From assembly GCA_050117845.1 (NCBI GenBank), contig JASFLY010000001.1, positions 192,001-256,000 on the forward strand: a stretch of DNA of 64,000 nucleotides. The letters run 5' to 3'. A program made the position numbers and the translations under genes. Of this stretch, positions 47,752 through 58,040 are shown in pieces; positions within the stretch are counted from its first letter, which is position 1; each line of letters begins with the position of its first letter. This DNA is from Candidatus Zixiibacteriota bacterium. Its GTDB lineage: Bacteria > RBG-13-66-14 > B26-G2 > WVWN01. The notes beneath the pieces are model-generated. The model made no database searches. It saw nothing but the letters and a program-made list of their open reading frames with translations, and had not been told where the DNA came from.

Positions 47752-48390
47752 TTACCGGGCAAGCGCCGACGCGTCGGCGTACTCCTCGGCGTCCTGCGGC
47801 AGCTCCGCGGCCGGGGACACCAGGCCCGCCGGCCCCAGCGCCGTAACGGTTTCCACGAACTCGTTTATGACGCGGCCGAACTTGGGCCCCTCCGCCGCGC
47901 TGATCCATTCCAACCTAATCCGGCCTTCCTCCAGGCCGAGTATCTTGAGCAGGGCCTTGGTCTTATCGAACTGCTCGACGGCGCGCTCGTTGCCGAAGAT
48001 GTAGTGGCAGTCGCCGAAGTGGCAGCCGGACACCAGGACGCCGTCCGCCCCCAGCTCGAACGCCCGCAGGACGAACGCGGGGTGGACCCGGCCCGAGCAC
48101 ATCACCCGGATGATGCGGAAGTTCGGCGAATACTGGATCCGCGATATCCCGGCGGTGTCGGCCCCGGCGTAGGAGCACCAGTTGCACGCGAATACGACGA
48201 TGCGCGGCACGAAGTCCTTGGGGGGCGCCGCCTTTTTCTTCGCGGCGGCCGGAGTCTTCTTCCCCGCGGCCGCGGCTTTCTTCGTTTCGGTCGAGGCCGC
48301 CTTCTTCGGTTTCTTGGCGGCCGGCGCCTTCTTCTTCGCCGGCGCGGCCTTCTCTTTGACCGTCCCCGATTTGCCTTTCGGTGGCGTCAT
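47752..48390 (-). CDS. mvhD: MvhD/FlxD-like 2Fe-2S subunit with Lys/Ala-rich N-terminal extension
   Basis: [32 protein letters not shown]. Confidence 0.85.
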   Translation of the reverse strand: MTPPKGKSGTVKEKAAPAKKKAPAAKKPKKAASTETKKAAAAGKKTPAAAKKKAAPPKDFVPRIVVFACNWCSYAGADTAGISRIQYSPNFRIIRVMCSGRVHPAFVLRAFELGADGVLVSGCHFGDCHYIFGNERAVEQFDKTKALLKILGLEEGRIRLEWISAAEGPKFGRVINEFVETVTALGPAGLVSPAAELPQDAEEYADASALAR

Positions 48391-51300
48391 TTCTTACCTG
48401 CCGGGGGGAGAACCGTTTCGAGCATCGTATGAATCTGGAGGTCCGTGAAGTGCCGGGCCACGATGGCGCCCGTGGGGCACCACACCGCGCAGGTGCCGCA
48501 GCCCTTGCAGACCGCCTCGTTTATCCGCGCCACGTAGACGCCGGACTTGAGTTGCACCAGCTCCGGCGCGTTGAACTGGCAGATGTCGGCGCACTGGCCA
48601 CAGCCGCGGCATAGCGTCTCGTCCACCGTCGCGATGACGGGTTCGAGCTTGACGGTGTCGCGGGCCAGCAGGCGCGCCACCTTGGCCGCCGCCGCCGAGG
48701 CCTGCGAGAGCGAGTCGGCGATGTCCTTGGGGGCCTGGAGGCAGCCGACGATGAAAACGCCGTCGGTCGTCGTCTCCACGGGCCCCAGTTCCGGGTGCCG
48801 CTCCATGAGGAACTTGTCGTCGCCCCGGGGAATCTTGAATATGGATTGCAATATAGTGGTGTCCGGCTCGCGGGGGACCATGCCGGTGGACAGGACTACC
48901 AGGTCGGCGGGGGCCCGCACCCGCGATTTGAGAAGGATGTCGTAGGCCTCGACCGCCCCGGCGACTTTGCCGGAGGCGTCGGCCACGACTTCGGCGCGGT
49001 CGTCCTCCGCTATCTTGATGAAGAGCACGCCCTTGCCGCGGGCCGTCCGGTACATCTCCTCAGCGCCGTCGCTCACGGTCCGGATGTCCTTGTAGAACAC
49101 CGTGACGTCGGCGCCGTGTTCCCGGAGCATCAGCGCCTGCTTTATCGTCGTCGGACAGCAGTAGCGCGAGCACCCGGGGTTCCCCTCCTCGCAGCGCGAG
49201 CCTACGCACTGGATGAAGGCCACGCTATCGGGCTGCTGGCCTTCCACGACCGCCCGGCCGCCGTGCTCGGCGAAGTTCTGCTCGAGGCCCAGGCTCGTTA
49301 TGACGTTGGGGAACTCGCCGTAGTGGTACTCGCCCTTCGGGTCGTAGAGGCCGGCGCCCACCGCGAGGACGATGGCGCCGACGCGCAGCTTCCGCGTCTG
49401 GCCCTTCTTCTTGCCGGAGGCGTCGGCCAGCTCCACCTCGAAATTGCCGACGAAGCCGTCCACCCGGGCGACCTCGGTATTGAGGAGGACCTCGACGCCG
49501 GCGTCGTCGAGCTGCGCTATCTTCTCGGCGATGAGCTTGTCGGCGTCGCGGCCCGAGGGGTAGAGTTTGGTCAACGAAGGCCGGTTGAGCCTGCCTCCCA
49601 GCTTGTCCGTCTTCTCGATTATGGTCGTTTTGAAACCCTGCCGGGCTATCTCTAGCGCGGCCTGCAACCCCGCCACGCCCCCGCCCACCACCAGCGCCGC
49701 CGACTCCACCGGGACGTCGATCATGTTGAGCGGCTCCAGCTTCCGGGCCCGGGCCACCGCCATGCCTATCTGGTCGCGGGCGCGGTCGAGCGCCGCTTCG
49801 GGCTCACCCACGTGCACCCAGGAGCACTGGTCGCGGATGTTGACCATCTCGAAGAGGTAGGCGTTCAGGCCCACGGCCTCGCAGGCCTTGCGGAAGACCG
49901 GCTCGTGGGTCCGCGGCGTGCACGCCGCCACCACCAGCCGGTTAAGGTTGTGTTCGATTATGGCGTCCTGGATGACGCGCTGGCTGGTGTCGGAACAGGC
50001 GAAGAGTTCGTCGGAGGCGTACACGACGCCGTCCAGGGTCGAGGCGTACTCGACCAGGTTGCCGATGTCCAGGAGGCCCGCGATGTTGGCGCCGCAGTGG
50101 CACACGAAGACGCCGATGCGCGGCTCCCCCGAGGGGTCGATTTGCTCGACGTCGACCACCTCGTCCGGCACGCGCAACTCGGCCACGTGCTTGGCGGCCA
50201 ACGCCGCCGCGCCGGAGGCCTGGGCCACGCAGTCCGGGATAACTTGTGGACCACCCGCCGAGCCACAGAGGTAGACGCCGTCCCGCGTCGTCTCGAGGTA
50301 GAACGAATCCGGGTCGCGTTTGCGGATGAAGCCGTAGCGGTCGAGTTCGATGCCCAGCGCCTCGGCCAGGTCGCGCGTCGTCTCGTTGGGCCGTGCGGCC
50401 ACCGAGAGCACGACCAGGTCGGCCTCCAGCTGGACGCGCTTCCCGTCCAGCGTATCCTCGGCGTATACGGTCATCGTGCCGTCCTCGGCGCCCGTTATTT
50501 TCGAAGGCCGGCCGCGGACGTAGTGGATCTCGTCCACCTCCCGCGAGCGATCGACGAACTGCTCGAACCCTTTGCCGAAGGCCCGGAGGTCGGTATACAG
50601 GATGGTCATGGACTCGACGTTCGGGTCGTGGATCTTCGCGAGCATCGCGTCCTTGACGGCGTTCATGCAGCAGAAGCGCGAACAGAAGTGCTGGCCGCCC
50701 TCGCCCCGGGCGCCCACGCACTGCACGTACACTATGCGCTTGGGGGCCTTGCGGTCGGTGGGGCGGACGATGTGGCCGCGGGTGGGGCCGGAGGCGGAGA
50801 GCATCCGCTCGAACTCGAGCGACGTCATCACGTTCTCGTAGATGCCATAGCCGTAGTTGCGCATGACGCGGGGGTCGAACTCGTCGAAGCCCGTGGCCAC
50901 GATAACCGCTCCGACCTCTATCTCCTCGTCGCGGACCCGCTGGTCGAAGTCGACGGCGTCGCGCTTGCACGCGGTGGCGCAGTTGCTGCACGCGAGGAAG
51001 GTTTCCTCGTTCAGGCAGGCGTCGCGGTCTATCATATAGGCCGCGGGGACCGCCTGCGGGAAGGGCCTGAAAATGGCCTTGCGGGCCCCCAGGCCGTGCT
51101 CGTAGAAGCTGGGCGCCACCATCGGGCACACCTCTTCGCAGTCGCCGCACCCCACGCACTCATCCTCGTCGACGTAGCGCGGATAGCGCCGCACCGTCGC
51201 GACGAAGTTGCCCGGGGTGCCCCGAAGGCCTACTAATTCCGAAAGCGTTAGAAGCTCGACGTTAGGATGCCTACCGACATCCATCATTTTAGGGCCGAGA

Positions 51301-51539
51301 ATTCATATCGAGCAGTCCATCGTCGGGAAGGTCTTGTCGAGCTGGCTCATGCGGCCGCCGATACTCGGCCCCCGCTCGACCAGATAGACCTTTACGCGCG
51401 CATCCGCCAGGTCCAGGGCCGCCTGGATCCCGGCGATGCCGCCCCCGAGGATGAGGACGCCCTTGGCCCTACTCGGCTCCGCTTTCGGCTCCGGCTGGGG
51501 CTTCGGCTTTGGCGCCACCGTCTCCTTCCTTGTGGGCAT
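48387..51539 (-). CDS. hdrA: Double-unit HdrA, selenoprotein (UGA at 51303-51305)
   Basis: Track ORFs 51303-51554 and 48387-51287 join in frame as [27 protein letters not shown]; two GGG[IV]AG FAD motifs, QCVG..CSR.CC twice. Confidence 0.9.
51255..51305 (-). promoter_or_regulatory. Bacterial SECIS-like hairpin
   Basis: Lower stem CUCGGC/GUCGAG, same upper stem-loop GGAUGUC-GGUA-GGCAUCC as at 45868-45885. Confidence 0.8.
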
Positions 51540-52059
51540 CGTAGCCCAGTTCAAAAGCTTTGACGTTCAGTTCTATGGTTCCCTTCGGGACCGACGTCTT
51601 TATCGCCTCCAGCATCGCTTCCTTGGGGACGGCGCCGGTCACCGCGGTGAAGTATCCCAGTATGACGATGTTCGTTACTATCTTGCGGCCGAGGTCGGTT
51701 TCGGCCATGCGCTGGGCCTGGATCGGGTAAGCCTGTGCGGTCTTTTTAATATCGCCGGGGTCGACCAGGTCCTCGTCGTAGATGAGGGTGCCGTCGTCCT
51801 TGAGCTCGCCGGCGAACTTCGAGTACCCCTCCTGCGACATCGCGACCAGAACGTCCGACTTGCGGATGTACGGGTAGAGGATCTCCTTGTCGTCTATCAG
51901 GACCTGCGTCGAGCAGGCGGAGCCTCGCGCCTCCGGGCCGTACGCCTGGGACATGGTGGCGTTCTTCTCGTCGTAAATGGACGCGGCCTTACCGACGATA
52001 ACGCCCGAAAGTATGACGCCCTGGCCTCCGAAACCGGTTATGCGGATTTCGCGCCTCAT
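51469..52059 (-). CDS. korC: 2-oxoacid:ferredoxin oxidoreductase gamma subunit
   Basis: [22 protein letters not shown]. Confidence 0.85.
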   Translation of the reverse strand: MRREIRITGFGGQGVILSGVIVGKAASIYDEKNATMSQAYGPEARGSACSTQVLIDDKEILYPYIRKSDVLVAMSQEGYSKFAGELKDDGTLIYDEDLVDPGDIKKTAQAYPIQAQRMAETDLGRKIVTNIVILGYFTAVTGAVPKEAMLEAIKTSVPKGTIELNVKAFELGYDAHKEGDGGAKAEAPAGAESGAE

Positions 52060-52964
52060 CGCTCACACGCCTCCTCCATAAGTTTCGCCCGGTAATACCT
52101 GTCGCCCAACTTATCCGTCAGATACCGGTCCCAGTTTTCCAACCAGGTGGGCCGGTCGCGGTCGATGAATTTGCCGCAGATTATGGGGCCGCCGAAGACG
52201 ATGTCCGTCTCGGCCGGATCGATGCCGTGCTCTATTACGGTGTTGTCGTGATAGTACTTGAGGATGTCGAGGCCGGTGCCCAGCCGGTTGCGGCGGGCGT
52301 AAAGCGTCGAACACGGCGTGATTATCTCGACGAAACAGAAGCCCGGTTTCTGCAGCATCTCGGTGAACGCCTTCGTCAACCGGCGCACGTGGAGCGCCGT
52401 CCAGCGGGCGACGTAGTTCGCGCCGCAGGCCGCCGCCAGGTGGCACAGGTTGAACGGCTGCTCCGCGTTACCGTAGGGCGTCGTCGACGTGAGGGCGGTG
52501 AGGGGCGTCGTCGGCGCGACCTGGCCGCCCGTCATGCCGTAGATGAAGTTGTTGACGCAGACTATCTTGATGTCCATGTTGCGCCGGGCGGCGTGGATGA
52601 AGTGGTTGCCGCCGATGGCCGAGAGGTCGCCGTCCCCGGAGAAGACTATAACGTCGAGCTCGGGCTTGGCGAGCTTCAGGCCGGTGGCGAACGGTATCGG
52701 CCGGCCGTGCGTCGTGTGGAAACTGTCCAGCTTGACGTAACCGGCGACGCGGCCGGTACAGCCGATGCCGGATACGATGCTTATCTTGTCGAGGTCCTTC
52801 TCCAGCTTTTCGAAAGAGGCCACGAGCGCCTTGACCGCGGTCCCGATGCCGCAGGTGCTGCACCAGATGTGCGGCATCCGGTCCATTCGCAAGTACGGTG
52901 CTATGGGGTGCTCGTCCGCGCTGACGGCGGCGATGACCGCTTCGGGTACGCCTTTAGGGCTCAT
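52056..52964 (-). CDS. korB: 2-oxoacid:ferredoxin oxidoreductase beta (TPP-binding) subunit
   Basis: WCSTCG, SGIGC, HGR, GDGD..IGGNH, NN.IYGMTGGQ; start re-assigned to ATG 52964. Confidence 0.88.
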   Translation of the reverse strand: MSPKGVPEAVIAAVSADEHPIAPYLRMDRMPHIWCSTCGIGTAVKALVASFEKLEKDLDKISIVSGIGCTGRVAGYVKLDSFHTTHGRPIPFATGLKLAKPELDVIVFSGDGDLSAIGGNHFIHAARRNMDIKIVCVNNFIYGMTGGQVAPTTPLTALTSTTPYGNAEQPFNLCHLAAACGANYVARWTALHVRRLTKAFTEMLQKPGFCFVEIITPCSTLYARRNRLGTGLDILKYYHDNTVIEHGIDPAETDIVFGGPIICGKFIDRDRPTWLENWDRYLTDKLGDRYYRAKLMEEACER

Positions 52965-54124
52965 TTCGCTTTGGCCCCCTTCTCTATCACCTTTAAGATA
53001 TCCTCCGGGTCGTGAACGCCCCCGCCGGCGTGCGGGCAAAGCAGCGTCTCGCACCGGCCGGCGGTGCAACGCTGGACCTCGTAGAAAATCTGGCCCAGGT
53101 TGATCTCCACGACGACGAAGGACTTTATCTTCTTCGCGAGTTCGGCGATGCGCTTCTCCGGGAAGGGCCATATCGCCCGGAGGCGGAAGAACCCCACTTT
53201 GATTCCCTTCTCGCGGGCCATGTCAATAGCCATCCGGGACACCCGGGCGCTGATTCCGTAGGAGAGGACGACAACGTCGGCGCCGTCCGTGTCCTCCTCC
53301 TCGAACTCTATGATGTCGTCCGCGTTCTTGCGGATTTTATCCAACAGCCGCGGGACCAGCCACTCCTGGCACTTGATGCTCATGTCGGGGTAGCCGCGCT
53401 CGTCGTGCGTGAGGCCCGTGACGTGGAAGCGGTGCCCCATTCCCGCCACGGCCATATCCGGCACCAGGTCGTCGCCGTAGGCGTACGGCAGGTACTCGCC
53501 CACGGCCGCCTCCGTCAGGCGCCGCGGCTCTATCTCGAGTTCGTCCGCCGGCGGGATTACGACCTTCTCGACCATGTGGCCCACGCACTCGTCGAGGAGC
53601 ACTATGACGGGCGTCCGATATCTCTCGGCCATGTTGAACGCCTTGACCGTCAGGTCGAACGCCTCCTGCGGCGACTGCGGCGCGTAAGCGATTATCTCGT
53701 AGTCGCCGTGGGAGCCCCAGCGCGCCTGCATGACGTCGGCCTGCCCCACCATCGTGGGCAGGCCGGTGGAGGGGCCGCCGCGCTGGACGTTGGCTATAAC
53801 GCACGGCGTCTCGAGCATCGCGGCCAGGCCGATGTTCTCCATCATGAGGCTGATGCCCGGGCCGGAGGTGACCGTCATGGTCCGGGCCCCGCCCCACGCC
53901 GCGCCCACTATCGCCGTGATGGAGGCTATCTCGTCCTCCATCTGTATGAAGATACCGCCGACTTCGGGAAAACGTTCACTTATGTGTTCAGCGCATTCCG
54001 TCGAGGGCGTAATCGGATAACCGGCGAAAAAGCGGCACCCGGCCGCGATGGCGCCCTCCGCCGTGGAGCGGTCGCCGTCGAGGTACAGGGTGCCGGTTCG
54101 AACGCCGATCTGGTCAGCTTTCAC
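52961..54124 (-). CDS. korA: 2-oxoacid:ferredoxin oxidoreductase alpha subunit
   Basis: GYPITPS, QMEDE, TSGPG, QRGGPSTGLPT. Confidence 0.9.
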   Translation of the reverse strand: MKADQIGVRTGTLYLDGDRSTAEGAIAAGCRFFAGYPITPSTECAEHISERFPEVGGIFIQMEDEIASITAIVGAAWGGARTMTVTSGPGISLMMENIGLAAMLETPCVIANVQRGGPSTGLPTMVGQADVMQARWGSHGDYEIIAYAPQSPQEAFDLTVKAFNMAERYRTPVIVLLDECVGHMVEKVVIPPADELEIEPRRLTEAAVGEYLPYAYGDDLVPDMAVAGMGHRFHVTGLTHDERGYPDMSIKCQEWLVPRLLDKIRKNADDIIEFEEEDTDGADVVVLSYGISARVSRMAIDMAREKGIKVGFFRLRAIWPFPEKRIAELAKKIKSFVVVEINLGQIFYEVQRCTAGRCETLLCPHAGGGVHDPEDILKVIEKGAKAK

Positions 54125-54422
54125 GCGCGGTCCCTCCTTCGGCTGATACGGGTTCTTCTTCCACCGTTATGCAATAGATGGCGAACTCGGGGCAGATCAT
54201 CTCGCACAGGTCGCAGTTAACGCAATTCGCCGCGTTAGCGACCCGCGGCGGGTGATAGCCCTTCGAGTTGAACTCGTCGCTCATCTCGAGAACGTCGCGC
54301 GGGCAATACTCGACGCAGAAAGCGCACCCCTTGCACCGCTCCACTATTATGTGGAGTTCGCCCCGGGGTATCTTCATCTTATCGGCGTCGAGGGGCGTCC
54401 GCCAGAACCTCATACTAACCAC
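54114..54422 (-). CDS. korD: Ferredoxin-like delta subunit
   Basis: CKGCAFCVEYCP and CVNCDLCEMICP. Confidence 0.85.
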   Translation of the reverse strand: MVSMRFWRTPLDADKMKIPRGELHIIVERCKGCAFCVEYCPRDVLEMSDEFNSKGYHPPRVANAANCVNCDLCEMICPEFAIYCITVEEEPVSAEGGTARES

Positions 54423-54650
54423 TCCTCACGCGCGCGCGGGACTTCGGCCGCCGTCCCCGCGGCCGGACGCAAACAAAAAGACGCTCCCCGACCGCAACGA
54501 GGCCGTCGGGAAAGCCAATGCCGCCGACCAAACGCCGGCGTTTTCCGTATTGCGATAGGTGGTTGAACAAATGTCGGGCCGTCCGAAAAGAAACGGCGGG
54601 AGGAGGCCTTACGAAGAGCGGGATAAAGGAGCGAGACGTTCCTTACCGCC

Positions 54651-54689
54651 TGACGTTATAATTATAGAACGTCAACCCGAAAAAAACAA
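54651..54689 (-). promoter_or_regulatory. Candidate sigma70 promoter with overlapping inverted repeat for the kor-hdr operon
   Basis: Minus strand TTGTTT-N17-TATAAT; TGACGTT-N10-AACGTCA palindrome spanning the -10. Confidence 0.5.
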
Positions 54690-54977
54690 GTTTAAATTCG
54701 TTTTCGAAAGGGGCGGGTTCCCGACCTGCAAAAGACCGCTAAATCTCACGATAAGCCCTCTCGAATAGCGTAGCCATAACAACTTAAAATGAGGTCATAG
54801 TCTTCAAGAGGAAATACAACACGAAGCGGCTTGGATAAGCATCCCTTCCGGGAAGTCCGACAACCAGACGGACACAATCCTAGGCACTCAACTAACAAAG
54901 CGAACTATGAAAAGAAGGTCGTTACTAGTACCTCTTCCAACGGATAATACGAATGAACCAGAATATATAATTATATA

Positions 54978-55010
54978 TTGACACATAATGTTGTTATATT
55001 ATTATATAAT
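54978..55010 (+). promoter_or_regulatory. Candidate sigma70 promoter for the NHL gene
   Basis: TTGACA at 54978 and TATTAT/TATAAT downstream in an AT-rich tract; AGGAGG RBS before 55068. Confidence 0.5.
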
Positions 55011-55067
55011 GGTTTAAAGATTGTTTATTAATTCCATAGCGGAGCATTAATTTACAGGAGGAGTGTA

Positions 55068-56039
55068 ATGAAAACCGGAAATAAAATCCTAGTAACGTTT
55101 ACGATATTACTCCCGCTATGCGCCTCAGCGAATTACGAATACGAGGGAGAATGGGGCGAATACGGGGCGGGGAATGGCCAGTTTGATTCTCCCTGCAATG
55201 CGGATTTATCCGGAGACGGTAACGTTTTCGTGACGGATTCCTATAACGCCCGGATCCAGTACTTCACTTCCACCGGTTCTTATTTAGGACAGTGGAATAA
55301 CGCTGGGTTGGGTACGCTACAAAAACCTTACGCTATAGCGATCAACCCTACCGACGGCGGGTACCTTTACGTTACTGAACACACCCCCATAAATCGGGTA
55401 TGTTATTACACGACGGCAGGGAGTTACGTTGGCACATGGGGTTCATATGGTTCAGGTAACGGCGAATTCGAACGCCCCGTCGGGATTTGCGTCGGTTATA
55501 GCGGTTACGTTTACGTCGCCGATCAAGTGAACCACCGTATCCAATACTTCAACCAAACGGGGTCTTTTTTAGGCAAATGGGGTACCGAAGGTTCCGGGAA
55601 CGGCGAATTTTACCACCCGTCTGCCGTAATCGCGGCGAGCAACGGAGACATTTACGTAGCTGATTTCGGGAACAGCCGGATCCAATACTTCACGTCTACC
55701 GGTTCGTACTTAGGGCAATGGGGTTCCTACGGAACGGGCAACGGTCAGTTTTTCGGCCCAGGCGGTATCGATATGGATTCGAGCGATAATGTTTTCGTTT
55801 CGGAATACCACAACCACCGCGTCCAATACTTCACTTCGACAGGTTCGTATTTAGGTAAATGGGGTTCATATGGAGACGGAGACGGCGAATTCGATTACCC
55901 CCGTTGCGTATGCGTGACTGACGACGGTAGTTGCGTATACGTGGTCGACACAGGAAACTACCGCATCCAATACTTTTACGAATACGACGTAAATATCGCA
56001 CCTTCGTCGTTCGGTAGGATTAAAGCCATTTACAATTAA
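55068..56039 (+). CDS. Secreted NHL-repeat beta-propeller protein
   Basis: Signal peptide; about 6 repeats of the N.RIQYF..TGSYLG.WG..G.GNG.F..P type; C-terminal SFGRIKAIYN. Confidence 0.85.
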   Translation: MKTGNKILVTFTILLPLCASANYEYEGEWGEYGAGNGQFDSPCNADLSGDGNVFVTDSYNARIQYFTSTGSYLGQWNNAGLGTLQKPYAIAINPTDGGYLYVTEHTPINRVCYYTTAGSYVGTWGSYGSGNGEFERPVGICVGYSGYVYVADQVNHRIQYFNQTGSFLGKWGTEGSGNGEFYHPSAVIAASNGDIYVADFGNSRIQYFTSTGSYLGQWGSYGTGNGQFFGPGGIDMDSSDNVFVSEYHNHRVQYFTSTGSYLGKWGSYGDGDGEFDYPRCVCVTDDGSCVYVVDTGNYRIQYFYEYDVNIAPSSFGRIKAIYN

Positions 56040-56097
56040 ACGCCATATACATCCTTAACGCCCCAGCGTAAGACCGACCAGCCCCGTGAGATTCCCG

Positions 56098-56151
56098 ATG
56101 AAACTGAACCGGGTTATCTTTCGGAAGATAACCCGGTCCGGTTTATTTCAC
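56098..56151. terminator. Long hairpin after the NHL gene (terminator or stabiliser)
   Basis: ACCGGGTTATCTT-TCGG-AAGATAACCCGGT core inverted repeat. Confidence 0.5.
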
Positions 56152-56391
56152 GAGAACCGTACCGCCAAACCATAGGTTTAATAAATGGCGGGATGGGTCG
56201 TCGCGTTCCTTATTAACAACCCAACTCAAAATAATAAGAGAGCTTCAAACCGTTACCAGGGTAAACACCGGGCGTTTATTCTGGAGCTAATGAACCGGTT
56301 TAATTATTTGACTCAATTAGCTATGTCTGTTATATTTAGGGTAGGAGAGGGTAAGTATCCGGGGACGCCCGGAGAAGGTGGAGGTACGCGT

Positions 56392-57216
56392 ATGGATACC
56401 CCAGCCCGTTTAAAGGGCGTAACGCTAATCGTTTTAATCCTCTGCGGAGTTTTGGCCTCGCCGGCGGCCCGGGCCGCCAGCGACCGCATCGTCGCGTCGT
56501 ACGCCACGCCGACCAACTACCCGTACGGCCTCGCGTACGCCGACGGGACCCTTTATCTCGGCGATTACGTCACGAAAACGGTTTATCAAATCGACCCGGA
56601 CAACGGCTCCGTGATGGGTTCGTACGTCCCCACGCCGGCGCCTAATGGATACATGTACGGCCTGGCCTACTCCTCCGGTTACCTCTGGGCCACGGCCGGG
56701 AGCCCGGCACGGCTCTACCGTATGGAGACGACGAGCGGCTCCGTGGTCTCGAGTTACGCCGTTAGCGGCGTCTCGGCCGGCAACGGCCTGGCTGCGGACG
56801 CGGATTATATCTACCTCGCCAATAACAACTACCCGGACTACTATGTATATAAATACTCCATATCGGGGGGCTCGGTCGTCTCGAGCTGGAACGGCGCCAA
56901 GTACCCCGACGGCCTGACGGTCATCAATCACGTTCCCACCTCTCAAAACGTTCTGTTAAACCTGGGCAACATCGACGGCTGGGTCCAAATCTACGATCTG
57001 GACGGTACGCTCCACGAGGGCGAGCAGTTCCTGATAGACGCCCCCTGCCCCGAAACCAACTACGTCGGCGACCTGGCCACGAAAGACGATACGCACATTT
57101 TCTTCGCTTCCGATTATTTAAAGGTATTGTACGAACTCGAAATCAACTGGGGGGGACAGGAGGAACCGGCGGTAGAACCCGTAAGCTTCGGCCGGGTGAA
57201 GGCCCTGTTTAGATGA
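56392..57216 (+). CDS. Secreted beta-propeller-like protein
   Basis: Signal peptide (ARA-A), repeated GLA(Y) blades, C-terminal SFGRVKALFR; GGAGG RBS before ATG 56392. Confidence 0.7.
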   Translation: MDTPARLKGVTLIVLILCGVLASPAARAASDRIVASYATPTNYPYGLAYADGTLYLGDYVTKTVYQIDPDNGSVMGSYVPTPAPNGYMYGLAYSSGYLWATAGSPARLYRMETTSGSVVSSYAVSGVSAGNGLAADADYIYLANNNYPDYYVYKYSISGGSVVSSWNGAKYPDGLTVINHVPTSQNVLLNLGNIDGWVQIYDLDGTLHEGEQFLIDAPCPETNYVGDLATKDDTHIFFASDYLKVLYELEINWGGQEEPAVEPVSFGRVKALFR

Positions 57217-58040
57217 AATTCGCCATCGGCCCTCCCTGGCTCCGGATTGCGTTTTCCCCCGGCGACGACCGGGTCGCGGGGATGCTCCGGGCCATCTTCG
57301 CCCACGCCCGGCCCGGCGAGGAGAACGGCGACGGGCCGGAATTGGCGGTAGTGCGAACGGCCGAGGCCGGGGAGGAAGAAGGCTGGGCCGCGCTGGAAGG
57401 GGACGTCTTTCGCGCCGGCCGGAACTCCGCGGCCGCCTGGTACGACTTCTCGGAAAGCCGGGGGGAAGTGACGCTCTCCCCCCAAAACGGCGCCTTCGTC
57501 GAGAATTTCGTGCGGCAGGTTTTCATCTGGGAAAGCTACCGGAGGGGGGGCCTGGTTTTGCACTCGGCGGCGTTCGCCATGGAAGGCGACGTGGTGGTAT
57601 CCTGCGGGGAAAGCAACAGCGGGAAGTCGACGCTGTCCCGGATACTGAAAGAACGCGTTCAGGTGTATTCGGACGAGATGAACGTCGTCGACGGAGAAGG
57701 CCGCGTGTGGGGGTTGCCGTTCCTTGGAACGGGCGTGGATCGGGTGCAAGTCGGCGGGGGAAAATTGCGGGCCCTAACGTTCCATCGGCCCGGGGACGAT
57801 TTCCGGGCTACGGCGCTCGCGCCGGCGGACGTCGCCCGCCACCTATGGCCCAACGTTTTCGTCCCGGAAGCAATCGATACGGCGTTAAGGGAGACGGTTT
57901 TCGACCTCGCCGCGGCTGTAGCGGCCCGGACGGCCGGTTTCACGGTCGAAATCCCATTGGAGGAGAGCGTTACCTACGCCGGTTTTCGCAATCTAATTAA
58001 AGCCGCAGCGCTTCGGAAGGAAGGACAGCATGAAGCGTAG
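57213..58040 (+). CDS. HprK-related P-loop kinase-like protein
   Basis: LHSAA, GESNSGKST Walker A, SDE; ATGA overlap with upstream gene. Confidence 0.7.
   Translation: MKFAIGPPWLRIAFSPGDDRVAGMLRAIFAHARPGEENGDGPELAVVRTAEAGEEEGWAALEGDVFRAGRNSAAAWYDFSESRGEVTLSPQNGAFVENFVRQVFIWESYRRGGLVLHSAAFAMEGDVVVSCGESNSGKSTLSRILKERVQVYSDEMNVVDGEGRVWGLPFLGTGVDRVQVGGGKLRALTFHRPGDDFRATALAPADVARHLWPNVFVPEAIDTALRETVFDLAAAVAARTAGFTVEIPLEESVTYAGFRNLIKAAALRKEGQHEA

Noticed and set aside
44019..51554. hdrA pseudogenes or split genes
   Set aside because: Both stops are UGA at the same conserved Cys position, in frame, with a conserved SECIS-like hairpin
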